In this document: piece after piece, positions 48,999 to 61,241 of the stretch | How positions within the stretch are numbered: position 1 is the stretch's first letter | How the letters are laid out: each line of letters begins with the position of its first letter | Notes under the pieces: model-generated | The model's input: the letters and a program-made list of their open reading frames with translations, nothing else | Told to the model about the DNA's origin: nothing | Databases searched by the model: none | Assembly: GCA_002633005.1 (NCBI GenBank) | Contig: NMRA01000207.1 | Location: forward strand, 519,470 to 583,469 | DNA: 64,000 nt | Direction: 5' to 3' | DNA from: Phoronis australis | Taxonomy: Eukaryota; Animalia; Phoronida | Program-made: the position numbers and the translations under genes

Positions 48999-49831
48999 TG
49001 TGATTTACAAATTAATGATTACAATAAGTTGTGAGACTGACGACTGAATGATTGAGACAAGATATCCCTACTAGAAAACTATTAATCAACAGTGCCACCG
49101 GTTCCCGTAGCTACCGCACACGTTAACACAATACAAGTCACAACAGAACTAACCCTCCAGAACAATCACTAGCCGGTTCAAATTGACTAACAGGCTGAGA
49201 CCAACGCCCGTGATAAATGTCTATACCTCAAATGTTCTTTTCCCCTTGACTCTTGGTCACTGAAGTCGTTCGTCCGGCTCCGGCTTCGTCTTAGAAGTTT
49301 GAAGGTTGTCTTCCTGCTCTGGAGTCGTGCCCCGTAGTTTGAAGTTTTGATCTAAGGTGGATCCAGTCTGCCCTGGTCTCGAGAGCCAGTGCTTTAAATA
49401 CTAACTAAGTGGCATCACGGATGGACCCACTCTGTATGTACATATATGTCCATCTCTCTATGACGAGCTGAATATAACGAACTAACTGACCACACGATGG
49501 ACTCACTCTGCATGTACATATATGTCCATCTCAAAATTCTAGCATAGCTGCCACTATTCCTGTATTATTACATAACTGCCTCTATTCCTGGGTTTTCAAC
49601 ATCAGAGCACTAACCCTGGATTTAACTACCTCAGAGATAGCATATCCCCTGAAATTTCTTGCACATGGAGGGCATAGCCTCATTATACTACAGCTGCCAC
49701 CTTTTATTCAAACTGACTTATGCCCTCAATTCCGAATACGCACATGTACACAAACATGTACAGTTCCATAGGTCAACTGTTGCATAAAATGACACGACTT
49801 TACATGCACGCATATTGCTCATCGATTTCCA
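48999..49831 (-). mobile_element. Probable 3' LTR with polypurine tract, inside the copy-2-specific block 48313-49831
   Basis: On the minus strand, purine-rich tgaataaaaggtggcagc precedes TGTAGTATAATG (49692) and the segment ends ..aatcaCA (48999). It has an internal ~40-bp direct repeat (gatggac.cactctg.atgtacatatatgtccatctc x2) and a TATTTAAA box. Confidence 0.45.
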
Positions 49832-52104
49832 TGGGTTTCTATTATTTTTTTCTATTTTGTGTTGAAGTGAATCACACGAAGGCATGCCTCAAATCTTTTT
49901 GTTAGAATAAATCAAGTGACGTCGGGTCAATATTCTGACATTCCGCAATTGTACAACAAAATTAATTTTTTTTTCTACATGGATGTCAAAAACTCAACCC
50001 AAACGAAAATAAGGTTTTATTTGAAATAGTATCAGAATTTCTTTATAACATTAAATCTCTTTGTGTTAGTGGATAGAATTGTATACGTGTATGAAAATGA
50101 ATTATTTACATTCGTAATTATATCACGGCAATCTTAACGTCAGTTTTTTATTGATGTATTCGTGTATTATAATTGTATATAGACTTCTTTGTATTTTTTT
50201 AACCCAGATCTAATGCCTCTTGGCGCTTTCTGGGTTATGTGTACTCATTGTATTCCGAAGATTTCGTAACAAACATTAAAAAAAACGTCGTGTCAAGGAA
50301 TTTTTAGACCCATACTAAAAACTTTGGGAATGTGGCCCCCTTGACAGCTGATCGTCTTGTCGGTTTACAAACAACCGGAACTGAAAATTAGTTACTATAC
50401 AATTATAGCGACGAAAAGGTTAATCACTGTATAATACCATTTTATAAACTTTATACATTTCATTGATTGTCCTTTCGACTGAGCTGGCAAAATCTCCCAG
50501 GCCTTGGCAACCCTCCGTGAAAATTTCAGCCAAAGCATAAGGAATTTTGTCTTTGTAATGGTTTATATGACCGTTTATGCAATGCGTGGGTCACAGGTTT
50601 ACATTGCTTTATGTTACCAATATGTTAGAACATCGTTAGTATTTAAAATGTCAAACTTTATTCTGAAAATTCCCCGGCTTCCATAAGGCCACCGTGCTTT
50701 TGTTTACATATCGTTCATCATCAATGTGGCGGACCGTGTGTCACGCGCTGTCTGGCTTTCGAGTACAGTCGTGTCACCTCTATGTATATAGCTCATTGGT
50801 CTCGCTGAGAGACAAATCTGGCCAAAATCACGTGCTCTCATTGAAAATCGCGGAATCTCGTATGATGTTGTTTTTCTAGCGAGGTACTAGCGTTTATGAA
50901 ACCTAACCCCCTCACAAGGGTTTTGTAGAGGAGTTTGACGTCAAATAAATTTACGTTCATTAAAGTTAATCATAAATTCACAAAAATGCACCAAGAATGA
51001 TGCACAGATAGCGACCATAATACACAAAAGTACCATGAATTAATTGCTTTGAAAACCTTCCTTGTTGCGGACGTCGCGAACTGGCGTGGGAGTTTTGTTT
51101 ACCTGTGCATGATTTGCAACTCCCGCAATAGGCAATTACATCGCAATGTAAGGCTGCAAGCATACAGGGCCCCCAGACAGCCAGCCGAGTGGTCACGTAC
51201 TCTTGCCTACTCCCGCAGTTAAATGAGCGTCTTTGATTCATTACCGCATAATACGTGAGAAGATAAAATGTGTTTCCTCTGTTGAAATATGAGGACACTT
51301 GGTGAAATGCTAATTTCTATGGAACAGGTTGATAGAACTAGAAGTCTTTGTAGCTCGTGTAGATGAAAGCCACTGTTGAAACTTATAAAAAAAGAACAAT
51401 ACTACTGAACATAAAAGCTATAAAACTAAGCACTACGGAAATTAAATAAGGAAAATACTCACAAACATGTTTCAAATCATTGTTCAATATCTAGATGCAA
51501 AATTAATATTTTAATTAATGCGCCACTAAACCCTAGGAAACAAACTTTCCGCCATAAAATCGGTATCAACTTCCGTTCAATAAGTACTTAGATGAGAAGT
51601 AATTTTTGGTCTCGCAAAGAACTGACTTCTCGCTATTTCTCGATACCACGCTTAGTATATAAAATGACACGTCGTGAAAAGTCAAACTTTGGAGCTCCTG
51701 TCTTAAGTAAGAGTGACCTGCCAGTTCTTTTCAAGTCCAGAAATAATTCTTATTTTGACGAACAAATAAGAAAAATAATTAACTACCTGCCAAGAGGATT
51801 TGCATGTGTTTATAACATATCATATTTTGTATTCGATTAACCTCTGAATGGGAAGCCGTCCATCTTTATATTACGCTAATTAGTACAATGTCATGGGTTG
51901 TTAAAAACTTGAAATCTAACAACTCTGAGAAACTCAAATTGATTTTGTTTGAATCACCCGTTGTTTTTATAGTCTCCTCTGTAATAAGTTTGATAAACAT
52001 TTCATTTTTGGATAATTATTTAATCATTTTCCCGTATTTTCTTAAATTCAGAGCTATCGCTGGGATTGCCTTTTTCAAGGAATGAGGGAAACCCTCACAT
52101 TGGA

Positions 52105-52490
52105 ATTCGAAGTGTAAACGGCACTTTACAAAGTTGGCACGGATCAGCTGACACGGAGCAAGTTGTTCCAATGTGTAAACGGACTGACACGGCGCAAATT
52201 GACTCCGCTGTGGCAAATTTTTGCCACCCGTTTGTGAGGTAGAGTAATTTGCGCCCGAACATCTTGCGCCGTGTCAATTATAAGTCTACACGCGAAATTG
52301 GAGTAAGGCGGAAAGGATCATCTCTACTGCGCTTGTGCAGTGACCTACGCACGGGTTCTTTGTCTCTGTAACTGTCGTCGTTTGTAAACCTGCGCATGTG
52401 CGATACAGTCTTTCCACGGTTAGTGAGTTGTGTGTGTAAACGGCCGCTGGACACGGGTCAATTTGCTCCGTGTCAGTTGCGCCGGGCCAG
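52105..52490. mobile_element. MITE-like element with subterminal inverted repeats
   Basis: ctgacacggagcaa (52148) and ctgacacggcgcaaattgac (52183) versus gtcaatttgctccgtgtcag (52457); repeated gtgtaaacgg. Confidence 0.55.
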
Positions 52491-53945
52491 TATACTTGAA
52501 TCAATATTCCATTATATTTCAAAATAATTAAAAGCCGGTATCTGAATCCATCCCAAATACGGGGATATGTTTATTTAATTGTTTTCAAAACACGGGGCAT
52601 TCTTCAGAAATGCATTATCGACGCCGCTTATAATAAACTTCAGTTCTGAAACAACATATGAGTACCAGTGCTATCAAGCTCGGCTGTGCTCCTAAATTGC
52701 TCTGACATAGGGGCACAACGGAGCCACGAACATCGTCACTGCTAACAAGCCTAATTTCAACACATTCCAATTTTGTGTATCCCCCTCCCCGCTCATTGCG
52801 AAGTGCCCCCAGGTCGCTGTTCTAAACAACAACAATTTCACACTTGTCACATCTACCCTGTTGAATACTCCTGGCTGTGCCAAAACGGGTCGGGTTGCCC
52901 GTCATATGTAAGATATTACCATTTTGCACCACTGTTTTCTAAGTTCTAAGCAGTCCTTGCTATGTCAAGAGAGAGGTTTTAAATTAAAGTGGCATTAAAC
53001 CCATGCTTTCTATTTAAAAACTCAAATTGCTCCTCTGACAAAATACAGTTGGCCTACGCGTGAGTTTTTTGGCTTGGAAAGAATTCACGTCACGGCGTGA
53101 CCGGAAATTTTATGTGCTTGGACTGAAGAAAAAAGACAAACTGCGGGTTCTTACCGAGCCCATAGAAAACTTTAGACAAAAAGCACGTGTTTAGTGCCCC
53201 TAATTTAAAGACCTAGTAGCACACGTTTTAACCCGTATTAGATTGTTAGAACATGTTGTAACGAAACCACATGTTCTTAAAAGTTAATCCTAACGAAATT
53301 AATAGGCGAAAACTTCATAAAAATCCTCACTTGCCACGAAATGGAGGAGTGAGATTCATTAAGGAACGAGTGAACAACAAGGCCGACAATTCGATTGGTC
53401 TAAGCGTGTGTTACTGGGAGTAATTAACATTCAATATCAAAGTAGTTAAGTAAAATTGCTTTACATTTAGAATATTCTGACAATTAAACTTGCAAAAATA
53501 ATGAAAATAAATTTAGACAGGGAAAACTAAGATACCGGTGGTTTCCGGCGTAGGCGGCTGACGGTCAATAACGAAAGATGGAATACGAACTGTGGCGAAA
53601 TAACTTCTGAAAGAAAACTTGGTGTGGTGCCATATGGTACAATCTATAATATAAGTATTAACGAGTATAAAGTAAGAGGAAGAATTCCCATTCAGCCAGA
53701 ACCATTCGTATAAGCTACTACCCGCAGAAACCCGATGGCGCGTGGCTGCGCTGACATCTGTGCTCCGCGGCACAGGATAAATACATGTACATTAATTAGC
53801 TCCGCGGACATTGAATAGTTGGAAGCAATATCTACAGGGTGGCACATTCGATGACAGCTATTCTACGAGCATCACTTTCATGGTGGTGGTTAACATGTAG
53901 CATACATATTATCAATCACTCGACAAATCAATTTTATTTCTGTAA

Positions 53946-54107
53946 CAGTGGCGGATTTAGAGGGGGGCCAAGGAGGCCATGCCCCCACCCTAAAATTCTC
54001 CCAGATTCCATTTGGTAGTACGAAGGTGCGAATGTCTGTCGGGCAAAATCCCGGCTAATACTCTGCCCTGCCCCCCACCCTAAATCAAAATCCTGGATCC
54101 GCCCCTG
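53946..54107. mobile_element. GC-rich MITE (cagtggcggat...atccgcccctg family)
   Basis: ~15-bp imperfect TIR; same family as 40410-40530. Confidence 0.7.
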
Positions 54108-54449
54108 TATAATATATAGTCTCATTAAAATGGGGAAATGCAAATGAAGTACTAATTTACAATTGAACCCCGGCCCGAGCCGTCAATAGTGCGAGAAATC
54201 ATCCGAGAACCAGTTACCATTACAATCTCGCCAAAGTCTCGCTTAGCGAGACTATTTTTATGTGAATGAGCATGATAATAGTTCATCGTTAGCCTAATGA
54301 AACAAGCACAGTTCTTATTATTTGTTCATTTTACTATCAAATAACGATTGCGTAATATTTGGAATTATACCACAACGTCAGCCTCGAATAGCCAATACAA
54401 CCGTGTAATAACCCATTTAGTTAGTTATCTCACTTGCGAAATAACATTT

Positions 54450-54473
54450 TGGCGGGAATCGAACCCGGTCCGC
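54450..54473 (-). repeat. tRNA-derived (B-box) fragment, probably a SINE head
   Basis: The reverse complement gcggaccgggttcgattcccgcca resembles a T-arm/B box. The 5' half is replaced by the adjacent Academ-like end. Confidence 0.45.
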
Positions 54474-54477
54474 AAGA

Positions 54478-55650
54478 TAAGCCATAGTCCCATCTCTCCT
54501 ACATGTATCTTGGCTACTTTTGGGGGGCAACGGGAACTTTGCATTAAACTCATCTACAGATGTTCAAAAGTCAATTTCAAAAAAGTTCCCAAGAATACAC
54601 TAGCACGTTTAGTAAAAATTTTAATTTAAAAGTTGGAAAAAATTAGCCTAGACTAATATGTTAGCCACCAGGTGTCAGTGCAAAATGATTAGAACAGCCA
54701 ATTAAATGCCAGGAAAAAATCTTTCCCATTCCCAAGTTGTCTGCTTCATGAAAGCATTCACCAGAGGACAGCCAAATGATGCCATCCTGTTGGCTTGGCT
54801 AACTTGTTTACAGCTACTGTCTACATTGAAAATCGTTAATTCTTGGGTGGATGTGCAAGTAGTTGGCAATTACCAAGGGTCAAGGCTCATAAACCAGCAG
54901 GCAGTAGACTGGAATTGAGGAAAGCCAAGTCAAATGCCAAGTGCCATCATACTGACATACATACAATTCTTGGCATATTCCTGTATCATTTTGTGCTTCT
55001 GCAAACAGCAGTTTCGGGCCAGCTAGGAAGGACACTGTTGAAACCATGAATTATTGAATGGGTGTGCGACTTCACAAGAGACTGGCAAGATGTCTGCTCC
55101 TTGTTGCATTCATGTCTCACATTAATTATGCTAAAAATTCTGAGCTCCTGGAATTTTCAGATATTACGTAATCTAAGGCTACTTCAAACAAATGGATCAA
55201 CACTGAGTGCAAGAAGAGCATTATTGCTGAGAAGTTTTTAAGTTTTTGTGAAAAAAACAGAGTTATTCTATCGCAATCAGTATTTCAGACATTTAATGGA
55301 TGTATCAAACATCGAAACAGCTCTTTTAAAAAAGAAAAAGATCAAACTGACGAGGGAAACGATGTTGAACCTAGTAGAAAATTAAGGCTACTGTCACTGT
55401 CAGTTCCATTTAACAGTCACGTGCTCAAACAAATGTATACGAGTTGCCACAACAATGTATCGTTTGCCAAAAAAGCTTTTTCATTTCCAAACCAACACTT
55501 GTAAATAGGCCTACCTATTCTTAATTCGAAAAACCATCATTTATCGTAAAAATCTTTAGTTTAGGACAGAGAAAAAAGAATTAGTTTGCTTGATAACTTT
55601 ACAGTATTTGCCGTCCCAATCTCAAAGATACTGGCTGCAGTCTTTACCTG
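54478..55650 (+). mobile_element. Diverged left arm of the Academ family found at 58194-61241
   Basis: taagccatagtccca...gggggcaacgggaactttgcatta...aaaaaagttcccaagaatacac aligns with 58194-59330 over about 1.1 kb. Confidence 0.85.
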
Positions 55651-56589
55651 CATTGAATTGGAGAATTTCAAGGGTAGGAAAATTGTTACTCTTCCAATTA
55701 TGTGCTTTTTAAAACAGGAATCCTCAAAAGAAATTTTAGCTCAACGCTAAATAAAACGCTTTTGAATTTCACACAAAACTACTGCCAAAATGACCATTCC
55801 TCAATTTTCAAAGGTTGAACTACGGTATTAAAGGAGAATGCCACCCAAAAACAACCTATTTTGTATCAATTTATATCAAGTAGTTCCACTCGATAACAGC
55901 AAGTACAGCACTTTTACCTGACGGCAGACGGAGGTGTTGAAATTAACTAATGACGTCAGAGGTTCGAATGCAGTCTGTTCAGCAGTTCACAACACTCTTA
56001 CTGGTGTCAGCTTATCGCTTGAATTCATCGTTTTACACCAATAAATCATCAAAATTCGATATAAAACTCTTACAAATACATCGAGTTATTAAACAAACGT
56101 GTTATTTTATTTCGCTGTTACGGATTTTTATGTATTTGAACGTACCGTAGCCTACAAAGTTCGGTAAGTCAATTTACCGCAAGGTTGGTCGCGGGAATTT
56201 GGGGTCTGTTGGTGATAAATTCAAATTATTCTTCGGTGAAATACAGCGCATAGACTTGGGATTATTTCAGTTCTAAACACACAAAACGCTTGCTATCACG
56301 GCCAGTCCGGGCTGCGGCGACCAACGATTTAAACTTTTCAGTCGCCCTGTGAAATGATGCGACCTTGACATGGATTTGACGAATGTATCGTGGTTGATAA
56401 TTCATCAATATTCTCACTCCAAATTGTTTAAAATGCAATAGCGTTAACACGCAAAAATATAACTAGATAAAAAGTTTCGTAAAGTTAATCTCCGACTAAA
56501 TATTTGTGTCCGAGATGGTGTCAGTATTAACCATGCCTGATTTGAAAATTTGGCAGGAAGTAACAAGGAGAACGTTTTGGACCACATTA

Positions 56590-57240
56590 CATCGGAATTG
56601 AGTCCCGTTCTTTGCGAGCAACCGTCACGGCCTCGCTGGTTCCCTGCGTGCCGCTGGATGGTAGCCAGCACGCTAGCTACCACCTAGCGGCACGCAGGGA
56701 ACCAGCAAGGCGTCACGGCAACCTCATCTCTGGTATTACGAATTCCATGTCATCTCAAAAACATAGAACTGAGAGTCATCGTTGTGCATACAAATTTCCC
56801 TTCCCGCTAATTGAGTTGCGTCAACCGAGGGCCTTAATGAAAACTCCACAGTGTCGACGTTTGCAAAATATTAAAAGTCTACCGTTCAAGAAATTTGAAC
56901 CACCCGCTCTGCACTACTGGCTACGGGCCTGTGTGGTCAGACAGCAAGAAGGTAGTGATTCTGAATGAGTTGACTGTACCCTGGAAGGCTAGGGTGCAGG
57001 AGGCTCACGAGAGGACACTTCTTATGAACGAAAAGCTATCGCAGGAATGTGCAGCCAATGGTTGGAGGTGCTTCTGTCTTCCCGTAGAAGTTAGATGTCG
57101 ATGGTTTATTGCAAGCAGCATGCGGCGAATCATGAAGCTATTGAGCATTTTACCAAGAGTGCGAGCTGATATGTTTAAATCTACGGTAAAAGCAGCGGAG
57201 GCGTAAAGTAACTTTTAATGGCGTAAAGTAATTCTTTGCT
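56590..57240 (+). mobile_element. 3' fragment of an RLE-type (HERO/R2-like group) non-LTR retrotransposon
   Basis: VWSDSKKVVILNELTVPW...EAHER.....L..EC..NGW...CLPVEV.CR.F matches the PD-(D/E)xK-like restriction-like endonuclease tail ELTVPW..ERK..KY..L...C...GW....PVEVGCRGF. Degenerate. Confidence 0.75.
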
Positions 57241-58193
57241 GCGTAATGAAAGTTGAACGTGTATAATTTACCTGGCAGGTAAATAATTAATTTACGTGCA
57301 TATTTTACTCACATAAATAATGAATTTATGCCGCAATGAATTAATTTCTCCGTTAGTAATTAATTTACATCTCTAACAAGAATCACTGTACGCACGTAAT
57401 TTACATGCGTAACGTTCACCCATTTAGCCAACAATAAGAACTCGGAACGTACCTCTGTAACGTTTAAACGAGCTAGGGACGGGCGGAAACAAACAATTTA
57501 GCCAAAACGTGCTTCGCAAAAGGAATGCATCTCCGTCTAGCGTGTTTTTACACAGATTATACAATGGCACTTTTTTCTTCCGGAGACTCTCTGCTATTAT
57601 TAATAAAATTTAGGTCTCATAGCTGAGATATCTGTATTGACATGTATTGTATAATGGAATTTAAACATGGAATTCTGTTTTCATACAATTTATCAATTGT
57701 GTGTAAAAAATACAATGCTTTTAATGTCTTTTGAACTGATGTGTTACAAAGTTAAAATAAAAAATGATTGATCCACGTGCTCTTATTTATTATTACTCTA
57801 CTTTTGTTTATGTAATGAGTATTATTTATTATTCATATTTATTTTATTCCGTGTCTTTCAGCAACAAGAATTATGATATAAATATTACGTAATATATGAT
57901 AAAATATTATTCTAAAATATTATATAAATTACTGTTGTATTTATTTGATTCTGTAGCTATACTTAGAAAACCATGTGGAAAATGTCATTCTATTGAATTC
58001 AGTCGGTTGTATTCATACTAGTCTTAGCCCTGGCAAAGTCTTAGTTAATTACAGTTAAACATTACCATAATTAAATATTATAATAATTGCAAAAACTTCC
58101 ACGTAAACACAAATGATGTTTCCTCAAGATTGATGTTGTATTGTATTGCTATGCTTACAAAGGGATCTAAAAAATTTTGTTATTCAGTTGAAT

Positions 58194-61100
58194 TAGGCCA
58201 TAGTCCCAGCGCTCCTATCTTTCACCTCCGTGGCCACTTTCTGGGGGCAACGGGAACTTTGCATTAATCACATCTACAGGTGCTCAAAAGTCAATTTCAA
58301 AAAAGTTCCCAAGAATACACTTGCACGTTTAGTTATAATTTTAGTTTAAAAGTTGGAAAAAATATAACCTCAACTAATATGTTAGCCACTAGGTGTCAGT
58401 GCAAAATGATCCGAACAGCCAATCAAATGCCAACAAAATGTTGTGTCCGTACCATTTCCATTCCCAAGTCGTCTGCTTCACAGCTGGTGTTATCTTGTTG
58501 GCTTGCCTAAGTTTTAAACATCCACTGACTACATTGGACAGTATTAATTGTTGACAAAAACCAAGTGCCATAAATCAGTAGAGTACAGCAGTTAGACATT
58601 AAGGAATGTCAAGTTCTGGTCTCATCAATTCTTGTTCTTGGATTACTTTGTGCATGGCACACAGCAGTTTGTGTCAGCTGGGACACTGTCTAAGCCATGA
58701 TGAATGATTGAAAGAGTGTTGGACTCCACACAGCAACACTGGATGTCTGCCTCTTGCTGCATGCATACCCCAGATTCATCTAAAAATTCGAAGCTCCTGG
58801 AATTTTCTGAGATTACGAGGTACTAGGCTATTGACAGCTCAAAAAAATGAGTCAACATTGAGTGCAAAGAAAGCCACATCGCTGAGAAGTTTTTAAGTTT
58901 TCCTAACGAATCCTCACTCTTCTGTCACAAGCAGTATTACCGACAATAAACAGATGTAACAAAGATTGAGAGAGCTATTAAAAAGAAAGAGAAAGCCCAA
59001 GCTCATGGAGGAAAAGATGCTGAGCCTAGTACTAGTAGAAAATTAAGGATTGTCGATGTCAGTTCCATACGGTGCACAGAGAAATCCGTATGTGTTAGCA
59101 CCACAGTGTATTATTTGCCAAAAATCAAAGTGGGTCACAGAGAACTTTTCAAAGAAAAGAAAGATTGAAAGCCTGCCCAAGTTCGAAACATTGACAGGAC
59201 AGTAGGCACAATGTGCCTAGGCTTAATTGGAAAAAGTGTGAATCATGACAAAAAATCTTAGTTTTGGCAGAGAAAAAATAATTATGATTTTGGTTGAGAA
59301 ATGTGCAGTATTGACTGTCCCAATCTCTATGACATAGGTAATGGCAGTGCATGTGAGTGATCAGCACTGCTTTTTATGAACTTCAGACCCTTTTATGTAA
59401 ATATGAGCAGTGTTTGGAATTTGAGAAGTATAAAACTGCAACCATGTCCCATAACTTATTATGAAAATTCAAACAGTGCTCAGGTTCAGTGTCTCACACT
59501 TTGGAGACTCCTGAACTGAAGAATTTCTGGCATAGAAAGATTTTTATTTTTGCAATTATACGCTATCTAGGACGGGAAGCGTCAAAAGAATTACAATTCT
59601 ATGGTATATGTGTCACCCACAGAAATATGTTTCATGTCATCTGGGTGGGCAACAATGGAGAGGTCACTGTTACGAGTGTTCCCGAACTCACCTGCGATCA
59701 CGAAGAAGCAGACACGCGTTTGTTATTGCACGCTCATCATGTCTGCAAGCAGTTACACCTCAACTATCATCAAAAGCCCTGACCCAGATGTGATAGTTTT
59801 GGGCATTGCCCATGCAGCCAACATTCCTGCATCTCTCAAAATGTTAACTGGTGCAGCTCACAATTCCAGGTTAATTGATTTAAGTGCACTCGCACCTACT
59901 CTTGGCCATGACAAAGCCCAAGTGTTGCTTGGTTTGCATATTTTCACTGGGTGCGACTCAGTTAGTGCCTTCAAAGGAAAAGGTAAAGTCAAGGCTCTGC
60001 AGCTGATGTTGGAAAGTCCTGCAGTATGTGAGTGGTTTCTAAAGAAGTTGGGCTCAACTTTTGAGTTTTCTGAGCACCTGATGGAAGACATTGAACTGCT
60101 TGTGTACAAGCTGTACAGCGACTCCGCATCATCAACAGTTAACGAAGCACGCTACCACATATTCAGATTAAAATATGTGATGGAATCATCCCTCCCTCCT
60201 AATCATGATTGTTTGCTGTTACATGCCAGAAGAGCCAACTACCAGTGTGCTATTCACAAACGAGCCTTGCGACAGCATGTCGGTGCGCCATCTCCAGTTG
60301 GTAATGGGTGGCTTTTGGAGCAGGGCAGTCTGAAGCCTCACTGGATGACACTACCTTTAGCCCCAGAAAGCGTCATGAAGAATGTTAATTGCAAATGTAA
60401 AAAGAGTGCTTGTGGTACAAAAATGTGCTCATATTTGAAGTCGGGCATGTCATGCTCTGAGTTGTGTGATTGTCAAGATTGTGTGAACACAGTGCCACCT
60501 GAAGAAACAACTTTTGGTGACACTTTTGATGATGATCTTAATGATGATGGAGTGGATGAAGAAACATAAAAAGGGTTTGCAATGTTATTGAAGAACTTTA
60601 AAATTGTAGCCTAGTGGAAAATGTGGACACTATTTTATCATGCTCATGACTGACATTGCTCGGTGTGTCGTTCCCCCTGAGAGGCAGTTGACAGTGAACT
60701 GCAATGGGATAATGTTAATTAATTATGACAATTAATGAAATTGATGACAGAAAATTTGTTGCAGAAGCATTGGAAATGTATGGTTTTCACATATAGGTTG
60801 TGATGTCAAATCTTTATCAAGTTCCAAATGGTTAACAGTATAGTAGGAGTTCAGAATATAGTAGTGTGTTTTCTGGCCAACAGGAGGCGCTGCTTAAAGT
60901 ATATATTTTCTCTTTTTTGAGCAATTCTCCCCCTAATGTCATAATATTTATCACTTTCCTTGTTCAATAACTTCAAATGAATAAAACCCAATCAGATTAT
61001 CATTCAGTTTTTAGCTAGTGTTGTTGTTTTTTGAAGATTGGTTTTCTGTGCCAAATTAAGCAAAAAGTTAGATTTTTGAGGTCAAATTTCTCGAAAACGT

Positions 61101-61241
61101 GCAAGTCAAACCTTGGGAACTTTTTAGATTCTTAAAGTATACTACTCAATGACCTTAAAAACATCAAAATTATCTTGCCCCCAAAAAGTGGCCACGGAAG
61201 TCATTTTCTAGGCTTCCTGGAGTCGAATGGACTACAGCCTA
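58194..61241 (+). mobile_element. AcademX-type DNA transposon, internally deleted
   Basis: TAG...CTA termini (taggccatagtcc / ggactacagccta) and a 3-bp TSD AAT (58191-58193; 61242-61244). Subterminal inverted blocks 58228-58250 / 61175-61197 and 58299-58330 / 61095-61125. Encodes an XPG-like nuclease and a Cys-rich finger. Confidence 0.88.
59600..60569 (+). pseudogene. Academ protein C-terminus: XPG/FEN1-like nuclease plus Cys8/CXC-like finger, frameshifted near 59745
   Basis: HEEADTRLLLHA is in one frame; SPDPDV, HIFTGCDSVSAFKGKGK, VNEARY, LPP..D.L.LH.RRANYQ and CKCKKSAC....CSY...G..C..LCDC..C are in the next. No DDE domain is recognisable. Confidence 0.82.

Larger units (their letters stand above)
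37949..50795 (+). repeat. Segmental duplication copy 2 (contains GPCR-3 and copy-specific insertions)
   Basis: Matches 28284-36790, with extra blocks at 40341-42317, ~46901-47747 and ~48313-49831. Confidence 0.95.

Noticed and set aside
50796-54256. ggtctcgctga...tagcgagacta as TIRs of a 3.4-kb element
   Set aside because: The match is short and imperfect, with no TSD or coding remnant.
54450-54473. tRNA gene
   Set aside because: Only a T-arm/B-box-like part is present; no cloverleaf can be formed.
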